Below, piece after piece: positions 23,135-31,873 of a DNA stretch of 32,840 nucleotides. A program made the translations under genes and the position numbers. How positions within the stretch are numbered: position 1 is the stretch's first letter; each line of letters starts with the position of its first letter. The notes under the pieces are model-generated. The model was given only the letters and a program-made list of their open reading frames with translations. It was not told the origin of the DNA and ran no database searches. The stretch comes from a virus: IMG/VR virus record IMGVR_UViG_3300031760_000343. One strand, 5' to 3'.

Positions 23135-23164
23135 AACCGTTCACATTGTGAGCGGTTTTCTTAT
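23135..23164 (+). terminator. Intrinsic terminator inside the head module
   Basis: 10-bp stem aaccgttcac/gtgagcggtt (one G-U pair) with a 3-nt loop, running into TTTTCTT. Confidence 0.7.
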
Positions 23165-23188
23165 GCCCATTTGGAGGAGGTGAGAAGA

Positions 23189-23431
23189 ATGGACGAGAAG
23201 GCTTTACAGATAGTCAGAGACTACATCGAAGAGCACCTTGACAAGTCAGACCAGAAGCCTGAGTTTGAAGTATACACCGTCTGGAAGTGTAAGGCGTTGC
23301 AGAACTGGAAGTATTTGCTGTCAAGTTCGCTGCCTGATGGTATGTACTACGAGCTGACATACAACGGCGACAAGAAGGAATGGTATCTCGACGCTTACAA
23401 GAAGTTCGAGAATGTTGTCATAACTGAATAA
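23189..23431 (+). CDS. Hypothetical conserved phage protein (80 aa)
   Basis: ATG 23189 lies after GGAGGAGGTGAG. I recall the pattern YTVWKCKALQNWKYLL...YYELTYNGDKKEWYLDAYKK from small head-module proteins of Firmicutes phages. Confidence 0.65.
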   Translation: MDEKALQIVRDYIEEHLDKSDQKPEFEVYTVWKCKALQNWKYLLSSSLPDGMYYELTYNGDKKEWYLDAYKKFENVVITE

Positions 23432-23440
23432 CGCTTACAA

Positions 23441-23483
23441 GCATTTGCTAAGGACATAAACGTCCCTTGCAGGTGCATTTTTT
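23441..23483 (+). terminator. Candidate intrinsic terminator
   Basis: The outer stem gcatttgc/gcaggtgc has two G-U pairs and encloses an inner hairpin. ATTTTTTA follows. Confidence 0.45.
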
Positions 23484-23512
23484 ATACCCAAACCACGAAA
23501 GGAAGTGATAAA

Positions 23513-24088
23513 ATGCGTATAGAACTAAGAGCTGACGGCCTGCATATAAGCGGCTACGTCAATGTCACCGGCAAGCTGAGCAGGCCTGTGATAACTCCAA
23601 GGGGCAAAGTCCTTGAAACTATCGAGGAGAGGGCTTTTGCGGAGGCTATCAAGAAGAACGGTGATATAACCGTTACCCTCGATCACGATCAGGGACACGC
23701 CTATGCAAGTACCCGTGACGGCACTCTGACGCTGAAAGAGGACGCTATCGGACTCCACGCCGACGTACTCATCACCGATGAAACAGTCATTGAAATGGCA
23801 CGAAAAGGCAAGCTCAGAGGCTGGAGCTTCGGAATGTACAACGTACAGGACGAAATGGAGAAAAGGGGAGAGGATGAGCTCCCGATAAGGCACGTTAAAA
23901 GCCTTATGCTCGACCACATATCTCTTATCAAGGACAAGATCCCTTGTTATGCTGCTACTTCGGTGGAGTGCCGTGCCGGCGAAGCTGTCGACCTGGAACA
24001 GCGCGGTATGGATGTACCGCCTGAGTATATCACATACGAAAATAAACCCGATTACACTGATTACGAAAGAAGGATCAAAGAATTATGA
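23513..24088 (+). CDS. Prohead protease, HK97 family
   Basis: 191 aa between the portal and the capsid gene. The N-terminus MRIELRADGLHISGYVNVTGKLS is typical of the S78/U35 family. Confidence 0.8.
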   Translation: MRIELRADGLHISGYVNVTGKLSRPVITPRGKVLETIEERAFAEAIKKNGDITVTLDHDQGHAYASTRDGTLTLKEDAIGLHADVLITDETVIEMARKGKLRGWSFGMYNVQDEMEKRGEDELPIRHVKSLMLDHISLIKDKIPCYAATSVECRAGEAVDLEQRGMDVPPEYITYENKPDYTDYERRIKEL

Positions 24089-25242
24089 AAAAGCTTATTG
24101 AACTCAGAAACAAAAAGAAAGCAGAGCTTCAGTCCATGCTTGACACTGTAAAGGCTGAGGAGCGTGCGTTCAACGAGGAGGAGACTGCTGCATTTGATGC
24201 ACTCGAGGCAGAGATAAAGTCTCTCGATGCAACTATCGAGAAGGAAGAGAGAGCTAAAGGTATATCTGAGCTCCACGTCCCTCAGGCAGCACAGCAGACA
24301 GAGAAGCTCACACAGGAGCAGATCGAGGAGAGAGCTTTCACCGACTTCCTTAACGGTAAGATCACCGAGATGAGAGCAGGCGAGCAGAACGTTGACTGGA
24401 CTAACAACAACGGTGCAGTTATCCCGACTACTATTGCTAAGCGTATCATCGACGCTGTCGTTGATATCTGTCCTATCCTTGCAGGAGCTGACGTATACCA
24501 CGAAAAAGGCGTTCTTAAGATCCCGAAGTGGACAAAGGCAAACTCTACACATGATGTGACTGTAGGATATGCAACAGAGTTCACTCCTCTCACAGCAGAC
24601 AGCGGTAAATTCGCTTCTGTAGATCTTGGCGGTTATCTTGCAGGCGCTCTCGTACTTGTTGGCAAGAGCGTTATCAACAGCGCAGCAGTCAACGTTACAG
24701 AGTTCGTTATCCGCAAGATCGCTGAAAAGGCTGCACAGTTCCTCGAGGGAGAGCTCCTTAAGGGTAGCGGTTCAAGTGCTGCACAGGGCGCAGTTAAGAC
24801 AACAAATGTTGTTACTACAGGTACAGCACTTACCATTGGTCTTGATGATCTTATCGCACTCCAGTCGGCTGTTAAGCAGGCACACCAGAAGAAAGCTTGC
24901 TGGACTATGACTCCTGCAACATTCACAGTTATCAAGCAGCTTAAGGACGGAGACAACAGACCTCTGATTCAGCCTGATGTATCATCTGAGTTCCCTTACC
25001 GACTCCTCGGAAAGCCTGTATACCTCTCTGACAATATGGACGAGATTGGCGGCAACAAGCTTGCGGTGCTCTACGGTGACTACAGCGGTCTCTCTGTAAA
25101 CTTCCGCGAGGATATCGGTATTGAGGTGCTCAGAGAAGCATATCACACTCAGCACGCAATCGGCATCGACTGTTGGTTTGAGTTCGACAGCAAGGTCACA
25201 GACGAGCAGAAGCTTGCTGTTCTTAAGGTCAAGGCATCATAA
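24085..25242 (+). CDS. Major capsid protein, HK97 fold
   Basis: 385 aa with an N-terminal coiled-coil delta domain followed by a capsid core. The gene is coupled to the protease gene. Confidence 0.85.
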   Translation: MKKLIELRNKKKAELQSMLDTVKAEERAFNEEETAAFDALEAEIKSLDATIEKEERAKGISELHVPQAAQQTEKLTQEQIEERAFTDFLNGKITEMRAGEQNVDWTNNNGAVIPTTIAKRIIDAVVDICPILAGADVYHEKGVLKIPKWTKANSTHDVTVGYATEFTPLTADSGKFASVDLGGYLAGALVLVGKSVINSAAVNVTEFVIRKIAEKAAQFLEGELLKGSGSSAAQGAVKTTNVVTTGTALTIGLDDLIALQSAVKQAHQKKACWTMTPATFTVIKQLKDGDNRPLIQPDVSSEFPYRLLGKPVYLSDNMDEIGGNKLAVLYGDYSGLSVNFREDIGIEVLREAYHTQHAIGIDCWFEFDSKVTDEQKLAVLKVKAS

Positions 25243-25301
25243 TTATATCGGCGGACAGGTGAGAGCTTGTCCGCTGAAAATATCCGAAAGGCGGTGAGAG
25301 T

Positions 25302-25595
25302 ATGAAAATAAGTGAGCTTACATCTGAGATCGTCAAAGACTATACCGGTATTTCCGATGATGACAGCGATGATATTATAACCAGTCTGCTGATGCCTGCG
25401 GCAAAAGCCTATATCAAAGGCTATACAGGACTTGGCGATGCACAGATAGACGAGCATGAAGATCTTACTACAGCATTCTGCGTACTTGTGTATGACATGT
25501 ATACTCAGAGGGATTATACTCTCAGTCTGCATAAACAGGTATCACCTACAGTAAAAACGATACTCAGTATGTACGCAGTAAATCATCTGGGGTGA
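25302..25595 (+). CDS. Head-tail connector (gp6-like)
   Basis: The 97-aa sequence KDYTGISDDDSDDIITSLLMPAAKAYIKGYTG fits the Phage_connect_1 pattern. Confidence 0.7.
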   Translation: MKISELTSEIVKDYTGISDDDSDDIITSLLMPAAKAYIKGYTGLGDAQIDEHEDLTTAFCVLVYDMYTQRDYTLSLHKQVSPTVKTILSMYAVNHLG

Positions 25596-25599
25596 TATT

Positions 25600-25935
25600 A
25601 TGGCTTATACGAAAAAGATCGAGATACAGCATTATGCTGAGACTACTGATAATATCGGCAATCACAAGAAAGCATGGCAGACCTTATTCAGGCCCTGGGC
25701 GGAGATCAATGGTACAGGCGGACGTGAATACTATGCTGCTGCACAGGTCAATTCTGAGAATGATATGATATTCAAGATAAGGTATTCAAGGATCCTTGAA
25801 AGCAAGCTCACATCAGAGCTCCGCATCGTATACAAGGGCATTACCTACGATATCAAGCACATTGACGATTTCAAAGAGCAGCACATGGAGTTCGTGATCC
25901 GTGCCAGACAGCTTAACGGAGGAGTAAGAATATGA
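25600..25935 (+). CDS. Head closure / head-tail adaptor protein
   Basis: 111 aa. The sequence WAEINGTGGREYYAA...IFKIRYS...RIVYKGITYDIKHI fits the Phage_H_T_join pattern. Confidence 0.7.
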   Translation: MAYTKKIEIQHYAETTDNIGNHKKAWQTLFRPWAEINGTGGREYYAAAQVNSENDMIFKIRYSRILESKLTSELRIVYKGITYDIKHIDDFKEQHMEFVIRARQLNGGVRI

Positions 25936-26330
25936 ATGATACGATCACTGCCGATGAGCTTGTTACTACGCTTATGGACTACTGCAAGGGCTATACTGCC
26001 GAAGTCAGAGAAAAGGTCGGAGAATGCATAGAAACTGTCGGTGAAGAAGCGCTGGAGGAAGTAAAACGCCTTGCGCCTGTATATGCAGGCAGTGACAAGG
26101 GTGTTGCCAAAGGTGCATATCGCAGAAACTGGACATATCTCATTGAAAAAAGCAATGGTAATATAACCGTTACAGTCCACGTCAAAGGCAGACATTACCG
26201 GCTTACTCACTTACTTGAAAACGGACATCTTACACGTAACGGCATAACAAGGACCAGGCCTATCCCTCACATAAGTATTGCTAACGATCACGCTCAGCAG
26301 AAGGTGCTGAAGCTGCTGGAGGAAATATGA
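25932..26330 (+). CDS. HK97 gp10-like neck/tail attachment protein
   Basis: Assigned from size and from its position after the head closure protein. Confidence 0.55.
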   Translation: MNDTITADELVTTLMDYCKGYTAEVREKVGECIETVGEEALEEVKRLAPVYAGSDKGVAKGAYRRNWTYLIEKSNGNITVTVHVKGRHYRLTHLLENGHLTRNGITRTRPIPHISIANDHAQQKVLKLLEEI

Positions 26331-26683
26331 TACAACTTGAATTCGATGAGATATATCAGCGCCTTTGTTCTCTCAGCCTTCCTGTAGCTTACCTTCGATT
26401 CAATAAACCGCAGGAGCTTCCGTTCATTGCCTATCATGAGGCAGGTGCGGAAATAAAAGGCGCCGATAATTACAATCTTTACCGCGATTCCACTGTTATA
26501 GTAGAGCTTTATACCGAGGATAAGGATGTTTCTCTTGAAAGACAGCTTGAAGCATTATTTTTCGATACAGAGCTTGAAAAACAGGCGGATACCTATCTTG
26601 AAGATGAAGGGATGCACTTTACATCCTATTCGTTTAATACTATTCAGAAAACAGGAGGTCAAAATGGGACACACACAGACTAA
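26327..26683 (+). CDS. Tail completion / terminator-like protein
   Basis: Assigned from its position immediately upstream of the major tail protein. 118 aa. Confidence 0.5.
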   Translation: MIQLEFDEIYQRLCSLSLPVAYLRFNKPQELPFIAYHEAGAEIKGADNYNLYRDSTVIVELYTEDKDVSLERQLEALFFDTELEKQADTYLEDEGMHFTSYSFNTIQKTGGQNGTHTD

Positions 26684-27245
26684 AGAGCTCAATAAGATCC
26701 CACTGGGATCAATGGATTTCTACGTTGTGGAGTTTACGGGAACTATCCCCACTGATGAAGCACTGGAAGTCGAAGCTAATATGATAGGCCGTACAAAGAA
26801 CGGCGCAACTGTTAACTATACTACGACCTGGTATGTAGCCGAATCCGACGATGGCAAGGCTAAGAAGCGCAAGATCACAGGTGAAAATATGGCTATCAGC
26901 TACGGAAATATCACCTGGAACGGCAATACTCTCCAGAAGCTTATCGCTACTGCAAGAGTCACAGAGGCTAATAATAAGCGTACTGCTAAGATTGGCGGAA
27001 TTGACAATGATAACGGAAAGCGTTACCTGATCCGCGGCGTTCATAAGGATAAGGTAGACGGCGATATCCGTATCACAGGTGTAGGCGTTAATACTTCCGG
27101 CTGGGAAGCAGCGTTCTCACCTACTCAGGAAACTATCATAACTCCTACATTCGAGCTCGAGCCTAAGCTCGATTCAGACGGCACACTTCTGATCTATGAA
27201 GAGGAGATCATCGAGGCTGCTGCTGTTCAGAGCGGAGGTGCATGA
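26664..27245 (+). CDS. Major tail protein
   Basis: ATG 26664 lies after AGGAGG. 193 aa. A strong terminator lies one small gene downstream. The track start 26526 lies inside the previous gene. Confidence 0.7.
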   Translation: MGHTQTKELNKIPLGSMDFYVVEFTGTIPTDEALEVEANMIGRTKNGATVNYTTTWYVAESDDGKAKKRKITGENMAISYGNITWNGNTLQKLIATARVTEANNKRTAKIGGIDNDNGKRYLIRGVHKDKVDGDIRITGVGVNTSGWEAAFSPTQETIITPTFELEPKLDSDGTLLIYEEEIIEAAAVQSGGA

Positions 27246-27246
27246 T

Positions 27247-27414
27247 ATGTACAAGGTCATAGCAGCGTTTGAGGACCTTCAGGACGGCGGCTATCACTAT
27301 AATGAGGGCGACAACTACCCGAGAAAAGGCGGTGCCAAGCCTTCAAAAGAGCGTATCGCCGAGCTTTCGGGAAGCGATAACAAACGCGGTATTCCGCTGA
27401 TAGAGAAGAAATAA
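27247..27414 (+). CDS. Hypothetical small protein (55 aa)
   Basis: The internal ATG 27247 follows the major tail protein stop codon by 1 nt. Confidence 0.5.
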   Translation: MYKVIAAFEDLQDGGYHYNEGDNYPRKGGAKPSKERIAELSGSDNKRGIPLIEKK

Positions 27415-27418
27415 CAGA

Positions 27419-27448
27419 GGGGCAGGAGAGATCCTGCCCTGTTTTTGT
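27419..27448 (+). terminator. Intrinsic terminator after the major tail gene block
   Basis: Stem ggggcagga/tcctgcccc-like of 8-9 bp with loop gaga, followed by gTTTTTg. Confidence 0.75.
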
Positions 27449-27461
27449 AAAGGAGCATGGT

Positions 27462-27731
27462 ATGAGAAAATATGATCTGAAACTTGATAACGGTACACGT
27501 CTTACTGTGCATCAGCCTACTGTGCGAATGTGGTATGACGGATACAGGAACGCCAGAACGGACGAGGCTGTATATAAGGCTATAGCTGATATATGCAGCA
27601 GAAACGATGAGGGCATAGTAGTAGAACCAGACTACATCAAAGATAATTTCACTATGGACGACTTCAAACGCTTTGCTTCAGAGTTCCCGAAATGGATCGA
27701 GAATGAACTGTCAACGAACCCAAACTCATAA
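27462..27731 (+). CDS. Tail assembly chaperone (gpG-like)
   Basis: 89 aa between the major tail protein and the tape measure. It ends just after a slippery heptamer. Confidence 0.7.
   Translation: MRKYDLKLDNGTRLTVHQPTVRMWYDGYRNARTDEAVYKAIADICSRNDEGIVVEPDYIKDNFTMDDFKRFASEFPKWIENELSTNPNS
27719..27725 (+). promoter_or_regulatory. -1 programmed frameshift slippery site C_CCA_AAC
   Basis: The heptamer is in the X_XXY_YYZ phase of the gpG frame, 4 nt before its stop codon. The downstream ORF is in the -1 frame. Confidence 0.6.
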
Positions 27732-28003
27732 TGCCTTACTATCCTGAGGAAGGAAGTAAGGCACATTATCAGAATAACAGCTACTACAGAAAGGTCGTAT
27801 CCGACTATACAGGACTTACTTTTGTTGAAATAGACGGCATCGGTATCCTTGACTACTTCGGATATATCCACGATGCAGTGGTATGGAACTGTCAGAAAAG
27901 CGAATCAGGACGTGAATACCTTGAAAATGCATATTGCTACAGCCAGACTGAGCCTGACAGAGAAGCGCTGAGAAACAAGTTCGGAGGTAAAAATGGCAAA
28001 TAA
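27731..28003 (+). CDS. gpT-like segment of the tail assembly chaperone (probably made as a G-T fusion, 27462..28003)
   Basis: 90-aa ORF in the -1 frame relative to 27462..27731. It overlaps the tape measure start. Confidence 0.6.
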   Translation: MPYYPEEGSKAHYQNNSYYRKVVSDYTGLTFVEIDGIGILDYFGYIHDAVVWNCQKSESGREYLENAYCYSQTEPDREALRNKFGGKNGK

Positions 28004-31000
28004 GATAATAAAAGGCCTGACCATACAGATCGGAGCTGATACCGTCGGACTGGACAGCGCATTAAAGGGCATGGAAACTGCCACGAAAAGAGCGCAGTCC
28101 GAGCTGAAAGAAGTAGATAAGACTATCAGAGCAAGCGGTGATTCTGCTGTCCTCTGGGAGCAGAAGCAGAAGCTTATAAACACTGCCCTTGAAGAAAGCA
28201 AAAAAAAGCTTGGTACGCTGCTCGAAGCACAGTCACAAGTTAAGCAGCAGCTTGCAGATAAGACAATCAATGAAGAACAGTACAGAGTCTTTCAGCGTGA
28301 AATTGAATACACAAGAGCTGAAGTAAAAAAGTATGAGAATCAGTTATCCTCTGCGAATGATAAGCTCTGGGAACTTGGGCATGCATCCGATTCCGCAGCT
28401 GATGACGTAGATGAGCTCGGCAGAGAGACCGAGGAGGCAGGTGTACAGGCAGAACGTGCATCAAATGGCGGTTTTACTGTCATGAAAGGCGTGCTTGCCA
28501 ACCTTGTGACCGACGGCATACGTTTTGCCGCCCGTGAGTTTAAGGAACTGACTACGGACGTGATCGGGACAGGCGCCGCATTCGATGCCGCTATAGGTCA
28601 GGTCGCTGCTATCTCTCAGGCATCTGCTGAAGAAGTAGACCAGCTGAGAGAGAAAGCTATAGAAATGGGCTCGGCTACAAAGTTCACAGCAGAACAGTCC
28701 GCGGAAGCTTTCAACTACATGGCAATGGCAGGCTGGAAGACTGAGGATATGCTCAGCGGTATAGACGGTATCCTCGGACTTGCGGCAGCTTCGGGAGAGG
28801 ATCTCGGTATTACATCGGATATCGTTACCGATGCCCTTACTGCCTTCGGACTTAAAGCCGGGGACGCAGGACACTTCGCCGATGTGCTTGCGGCAGCGTC
28901 GTCAAACGCAAATACTAATGTCAGCATGATGGGCGAGACGTTTAAGTATGCAGCACCTATAGCAGGTGCTTTAGGCTACACTGCCGAAGATACTGCTCTT
29001 GCTATCGGACTTATGGCAAACAGCGGAATCAAGGCATCGCAGGCAGGTACAGCGCTCAGAACTATCATGAGCAACCTGACAAACGATTTTACTATATCAG
29101 GTGAAAAGATAGGCGACGTCACTATCAAGACGCAGAACGCTGACGGAACGATGAGAAGCTTTGCTGATATCATTGCTGATACAAGGGATGCATTTGAAGG
29201 ACTTACAGAGTCCGAAAAAGCTAATGAGGCTGAGACTCTTGTCGGCAAGAATGCAATGTCAGGCTTCCTGGCTCTTGTTAATGCAGCTCCTGCCGATGTG
29301 GAAAAGCTCTCCGGTGCTATAAAGAACTGCGACGGAGCAGCTCAGAACATGGCTGAAACAATGCAGGATAATCTTGCAGGTGATATTACAAAATTCCAAT
29401 CTGCTGTGGACGGCGCAAAGATACAGCTATCCAAAGGCTTGCAGCCTGTGTTGCGTGATGTAGTCCAGTATGCGACAGAGCAGGTCCCGAAGGTCGGGAG
29501 AGCTCTTGAACCGGTACTGAAAAAGGGTGCCGAAGCAGTTAAGTATGTGTTGAAAAATCTGCCTGACATCATTGAAAAAGGAAAAGATCTGTCTATAGTT
29601 GTTTCCGAAATAATAAAATACATTTCGTGGGGCGTTCCCGGTATAGCTGTTGCATTTGTAACAGCATCTAAAAGAATCGAGGAAGCACACCTTGAAAAAG
29701 TGTTTGAGGAAGCTGCTGCCGAGACCAACAGGCTGACTGACGAGCTCAACAATAACATATCGGTTATGGCTGATATGAAAGATAACGCTGACAAGCAGAT
29801 CCTTTCGGATAAACAGCTTATCGATCAGACCAAGATACTGTATGATGAGCTGAGAACACTTGTAGACACTAACGGTAAAGTCAAAAGCGGATATGAGGAC
29901 AGAGTTGAGTATATAGTCGGGGAGCTTTCTGAGGCTACAGGTATTGAGATAGAGTATATTGACGGTCAGATACAGAAATACGGTGAACTTAAGCAAAGTA
30001 TCGATGATGTTATTCAGAAAAAGAGAGCGGAATCAATGCTTAATGCCTATAACGATGTATATGATCAGGCTCTGTTGAGAACCGGTCAGGCAAACGCTGA
30101 ATTAGAGCAATTGAAGCATAATGCGGCTAAGAACAGAAGCGACATCGAACTGCTGAGGCAAAAGGCGGTGCAGAATGCCTATGCCGAGCATAAGAGTACT
30201 GCGGCGCTCGGTGAGTTTACATCGGCGAACTATGATGCATGGGCTCGATTTATGACTCAGGAGGATCTTCAGCGCCTGATCGCAGCTGAGCAGAACATAG
30301 CTGAAACTGAAAAAGCTATAGAAACCTTGAAGGAAGAGTTCAGGGACAATCAATCTATCGTTGAAAACTATGAATCTGCTGTCGAGCAGATGTGCAATAA
30401 CAACTACTATAACGTGCAGATGATGCTCTCGCATATCGGAGACCTGGAATATGCTGCTCTGCTCAATGCTAAAGGTAATACCGAAGATCTGAAAAAGAGC
30501 TTTATTGATGCTGTAAGAAGTGCAGAAAAAGAGTATGAAAACAATATTGAGCTCGGAGACAGAAATGCGAAAAAGACCTTTAAGTCTACTGTTGACGATA
30601 TTACACGGCAGGCAAAGGAAGGCGGCATCAGTGCAGGCGAGCTCCTCAGCACAGGAATAGTCAATGAGCTGTCTCAGATAGACGGTTTTGATACTCAGGC
30701 GCTTATGGACTTCTGCGAGGCGACAGGTATATCAATGGGTGAAGTCCTTGGTTCCATGACCAGAGACACAGCTGAACGGTACATTGCAGAGATACATGAC
30801 AGTATTGATATGATATCGAACTCCGGCGGCTTCGCAGGCAGATATATAGGCGGACAGCTTGAAGATGTGTTCAGGCACATCGGCTTATATGCAGAAGGCG
30901 GTACGCTCAGAGAAGGACAGGGAATAGTAGCGGAGGCAGGTCCCGAACTCATAAGCATCAATAACGGAACCGCCCGTATCACTCCGCTTACAGGCAGAGC

Positions 31001-31157
31001 TAAGAATACTCCTGTCGAGCTGAGCGGTGGCCATACAGTAATTAACAAGTATTACAACATCAAGGCGAACGTATCAAGCAGATATGATGTCTACAGGCTC
31101 GCCGAAGAACTGGCGAATGCAGAAAAAGTATATGAAGCAGGAATGGGGTTGATATAA
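27993..31157 (+). CDS. Tape measure protein (TP901-family core)
   Basis: 1054 aa. The sequence ATKFTAEQSAEAFNYMAMAGWKTEDMLSGIDGILGLAAASGEDLGITSDIVTDALTAFGL is the conserved tape measure core. Long coiled-coil regions are present. Confidence 0.9.
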   Translation: MANKIIKGLTIQIGADTVGLDSALKGMETATKRAQSELKEVDKTIRASGDSAVLWEQKQKLINTALEESKKKLGTLLEAQSQVKQQLADKTINEEQYRVFQREIEYTRAEVKKYENQLSSANDKLWELGHASDSAADDVDELGRETEEAGVQAERASNGGFTVMKGVLANLVTDGIRFAAREFKELTTDVIGTGAAFDAAIGQVAAISQASAEEVDQLREKAIEMGSATKFTAEQSAEAFNYMAMAGWKTEDMLSGIDGILGLAAASGEDLGITSDIVTDALTAFGLKAGDAGHFADVLAAASSNANTNVSMMGETFKYAAPIAGALGYTAEDTALAIGLMANSGIKASQAGTALRTIMSNLTNDFTISGEKIGDVTIKTQNADGTMRSFADIIADTRDAFEGLTESEKANEAETLVGKNAMSGFLALVNAAPADVEKLSGAIKNCDGAAQNMAETMQDNLAGDITKFQSAVDGAKIQLSKGLQPVLRDVVQYATEQVPKVGRALEPVLKKGAEAVKYVLKNLPDIIEKGKDLSIVVSEIIKYISWGVPGIAVAFVTASKRIEEAHLEKVFEEAAAETNRLTDELNNNISVMADMKDNADKQILSDKQLIDQTKILYDELRTLVDTNGKVKSGYEDRVEYIVGELSEATGIEIEYIDGQIQKYGELKQSIDDVIQKKRAESMLNAYNDVYDQALLRTGQANAELEQLKHNAAKNRSDIELLRQKAVQNAYAEHKSTAALGEFTSANYDAWARFMTQEDLQRLIAAEQNIAETEKAIETLKEEFRDNQSIVENYESAVEQMCNNNYYNVQMMLSHIGDLEYAALLNAKGNTEDLKKSFIDAVRSAEKEYENNIELGDRNAKKTFKSTVDDITRQAKEGGISAGELLSTGIVNELSQIDGFDTQALMDFCEATGISMGEVLGSMTRDTAERYIAEIHDSIDMISNSGGFAGRYIGGQLEDVFRHIGLYAEGGTLREGQGIVAEAGPELISINNGTARITPLTGRAKNTPVELSGGHTVINKYYNIKANVSSRYDVYRLAEELANAEKVYEAGMGLI

Positions 31158-31873
31158 TGAGCAGCTTCACCTTTAACGGGATCTCCTCCGATGATCTCGG
31201 AATAATGATAACTAAACCTATTGTACGGCCTACTTGGAGCAGGATAGTAAACGAGGAAACATCTGGTGCAATATCAAAGCTGATGCAGCAGCTGAAGACT
31301 TATGACAACTCCGAGTTCCCTGTATACGGTGTTATAACGGATGCGACTGAGGATAATATGAGACTGATATATCAGACTCTGAACGGCCGCGGAAGGATGA
31401 TAATATCTACAGCACCGCACGAGTATATGAATGTGTTCATCTCTCCTATAACTCCGCAGCCTGTTGCTTTGATGATGTCAGAAATTGTCCTCAGTATAGT
31501 TGCACAGCCCTTCGCCTACGCAGTCAATCCGACAGGGCAGGTGATAACACAGGACTTTGAGATAATCCGTAACGGCGGCACGATATTCGCGGCGCCTGAG
31601 ATAATGCTTAAGCCGAGGAGTGCCGGGGACATCAGCATCGATGTTAACGGAGCGTCGTTCGTGATAAAGGTACCATCCGAGCTGGTAGGCAAGACGATCA
31701 TAGTGGACTGCGAGGTACAGGTCGCATACTATCTCGGCGATAATAACGAGAAAATATCGATAACGCACATGACATACAACGATTTCCCACTGCTGAAAAC
31801 AGGGGAGAACTACATCAAGTACAGCGGCAGCGCTTCTGACGTTGTCTGCAACGTGAGAGAGAGGTGGTTATAA
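31157..31873 (+). CDS. Distal tail protein (Dit, Sipho_tail family)
   Basis: 238 aa. The N-terminus FTFNGISSDDLGIMI is typical. There is a TAATG overlap with the tape measure gene. Confidence 0.75.
   Translation: MSSFTFNGISSDDLGIMITKPIVRPTWSRIVNEETSGAISKLMQQLKTYDNSEFPVYGVITDATEDNMRLIYQTLNGRGRMIISTAPHEYMNVFISPITPQPVALMMSEIVLSIVAQPFAYAVNPTGQVITQDFEIIRNGGTIFAAPEIMLKPRSAGDISIDVNGASFVIKVPSELVGKTIIVDCEVQVAYYLGDNNEKISITHMTYNDFPLLKTGENYIKYSGSASDVVCNVRERWL

Noticed and set aside
25251-25274. A hairpin after the major capsid gene as a terminator
   Set aside because: The 8-bp stem GCGGACAG/TTGTCCGC is present but no T-tract follows. It is more likely an mRNA-stabilising element or a chance feature.
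28461-29996. Long antisense ORFs inside the tape measure gene (for example 28461..28874 and 29427..29996), and similar ones opposite Tal, terL, the portal, the capsid gene and the nucleases
   Set aside because: They are fully contained antisense to strongly supported genes. They have no SDs and have Ser/Cys/Leu-rich composition typical of shadow ORFs.
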